Part shown: positions 62,827 to 64,000 of the stretch, piece by piece
How positions within the stretch are numbered: position 1 is the stretch's first letter
Layout: each line of letters opens with the position of its first letter
Assembly: GCF_041146345.1 (NCBI RefSeq)
Contig: NW_027191409.1
Span: 930,001 to 994,000 of the forward strand
DNA length: 64,000 nucleotides
DNA from: Neodothiora populina
Lineage: Eukaryota
Reading direction: 5' to 3'
The notes under the pieces: model-generated
Seen by the model: the letters and a program-made list of their open reading frames with translations, nothing else
Told to the model about the DNA's origin: nothing
The model's database searches: none
Translations under genes and position numbers: made by a program

Positions 62827-64000
62827 CGAGCTCAACTCTATCTCCGATATACTCTGACTTGAAGGTGCCACAATGGCGATGTTTCCTGCTCTACTGGAAA
62901 GACAGGGGCACAGAAGTGGTTCATGATCCGACTGCTCCCCCGTTCACATGAGTTGTTCAGGTGCACACACCTGCTGGCATAAAGTTGCCGCTACATGCCC
63001 GCCCTGAGGATCCGCCCCATGGGGTTGATGCTTGGCGACCCTCGATTCATGGCATGCAAAGGCTCGATGGTGAAATAAATACCTTCGAGCGCCAACTGTG
63101 CATTTTGACTTGCAGAGTAGTGTATCTTGTTACTCAATGTGCTTACAGCTCATCTCACACATATGGTAGGACACTGCCATTCTGCTGTGCAATATGCGTT
63201 GCTGCTCCATGTCAGCGCAGCCCGCATCATCCACATGGCAAGACATTGTGATTCTGTTATACGCGTTACGTTGCTGCGCTATGGTTGGGGCCAGTGACAC
63301 TACGGAGAGAAAGTGATATGATGCTCCTGCATGATGGACTCAAAGATCCACCGAGAGCATTCACGGAATGACCGATCAGAGTAATATACTGCCTTTGATT
63401 TTGTATGCACTATAGTAGTCCCCGTTGCTAAGTACAGTCTGCCATACTATCTCCTCCCCAATCCTCGTGGCATATCGCTCACGAGTGTTATAATCGTCTT
63501 CTCGGACCGTCATCTTTGTTAATATAACCCCACCGCACCGGATGCTACAGCTTGCTAGCTGACCTCAACGGGGCCTCGAAGACGTCTAATCTTCCACCTA
63601 TACTGGTTCGCTCGTCTACCCATCAGCGCGAGCATGTGAACCACAAATCTCAAAGCTGTACAGTGAGCTATGCATCAAAGCAACACCGTCGATAAAGCCA
63701 TCCTTTTTGACGAGTTGGTCGTTCTCTCTGGTACGCCCGGCATACAGAGATGACTGGCTCCCATTTGCGGGCCTGTCTCTAGTGCACTGTTCGGAATTCG
63801 CTGCCGACCGAATTCATCATTGGGCCGGCCGGCTAACGATTCATTTGCCCTCATCTCCACCTCCATTGCCAGGCATTGGAGGTGCGTTACCGGGACTTGG
63901 GCCTTGCTGAGGGGCTGCGTGGTGCTGACGAGGCGTCATGTGGTTACCATAACCCCCACCAGACATGGCACGATGCTGCATCGGGTACGGCCCTCCTTGG

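Noticed and set aside
1..64000. Transposons, RIP-degraded repeats, tRNA/rRNA genes, or TGA-CTA readthrough to a peroxisomal signal
   Set aside because: I saw no transposase or RT motifs, terminal repeats, AT-rich blocks or cloverleaf/T-loop signatures. The stop codons I checked lack the TGA-CTA context.

Overview
Gene-dense eukaryotic DNA from a filamentous ascomycete (Pezizomycotina; a Dothideomycete is my impression, not tested). Most genes carry short GT..CTRAC..YAG introns, so the six-frame ORF track fragments them. About 22 protein-coding genes can be reconstructed by eye: a Zn2Cys6 transcription factor, UFD2, RHO1, a SIW14-type phosphatase, a SVL3/PAM1-like ketopantoate-reductase-family protein, SUB2/UAP56, an RPR2-like protein, a SHB17-like phosphatase, COX18-like, ALG11, three MFS sugar/inositol transporters, a minimal PIP5K-like kinase, a SnoaL-like 'pathogen-related' protein, a CLG1/Pas1-type cyclin, AIM19-like, an ER DnaJ protein and several hypothetical genes. 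I saw no tRNA, rRNA, CRISPR array or transposon. The most notable signals are: (1) a splicing-dependent 43/69-codon uORF ending 17 nt before the cyclin ATG; (2) a 588-nt SUB2 intron with complementary ends and a candidate poison exon; (3) a small gene encoding three RPEDD repeats; (4) a 6-nt microexon that builds the Zn2Cys6 cluster; (5) a one-base frameshift between two repeated domains of a hypothetical gene. All calls come from reading the sequence; no searches were run.
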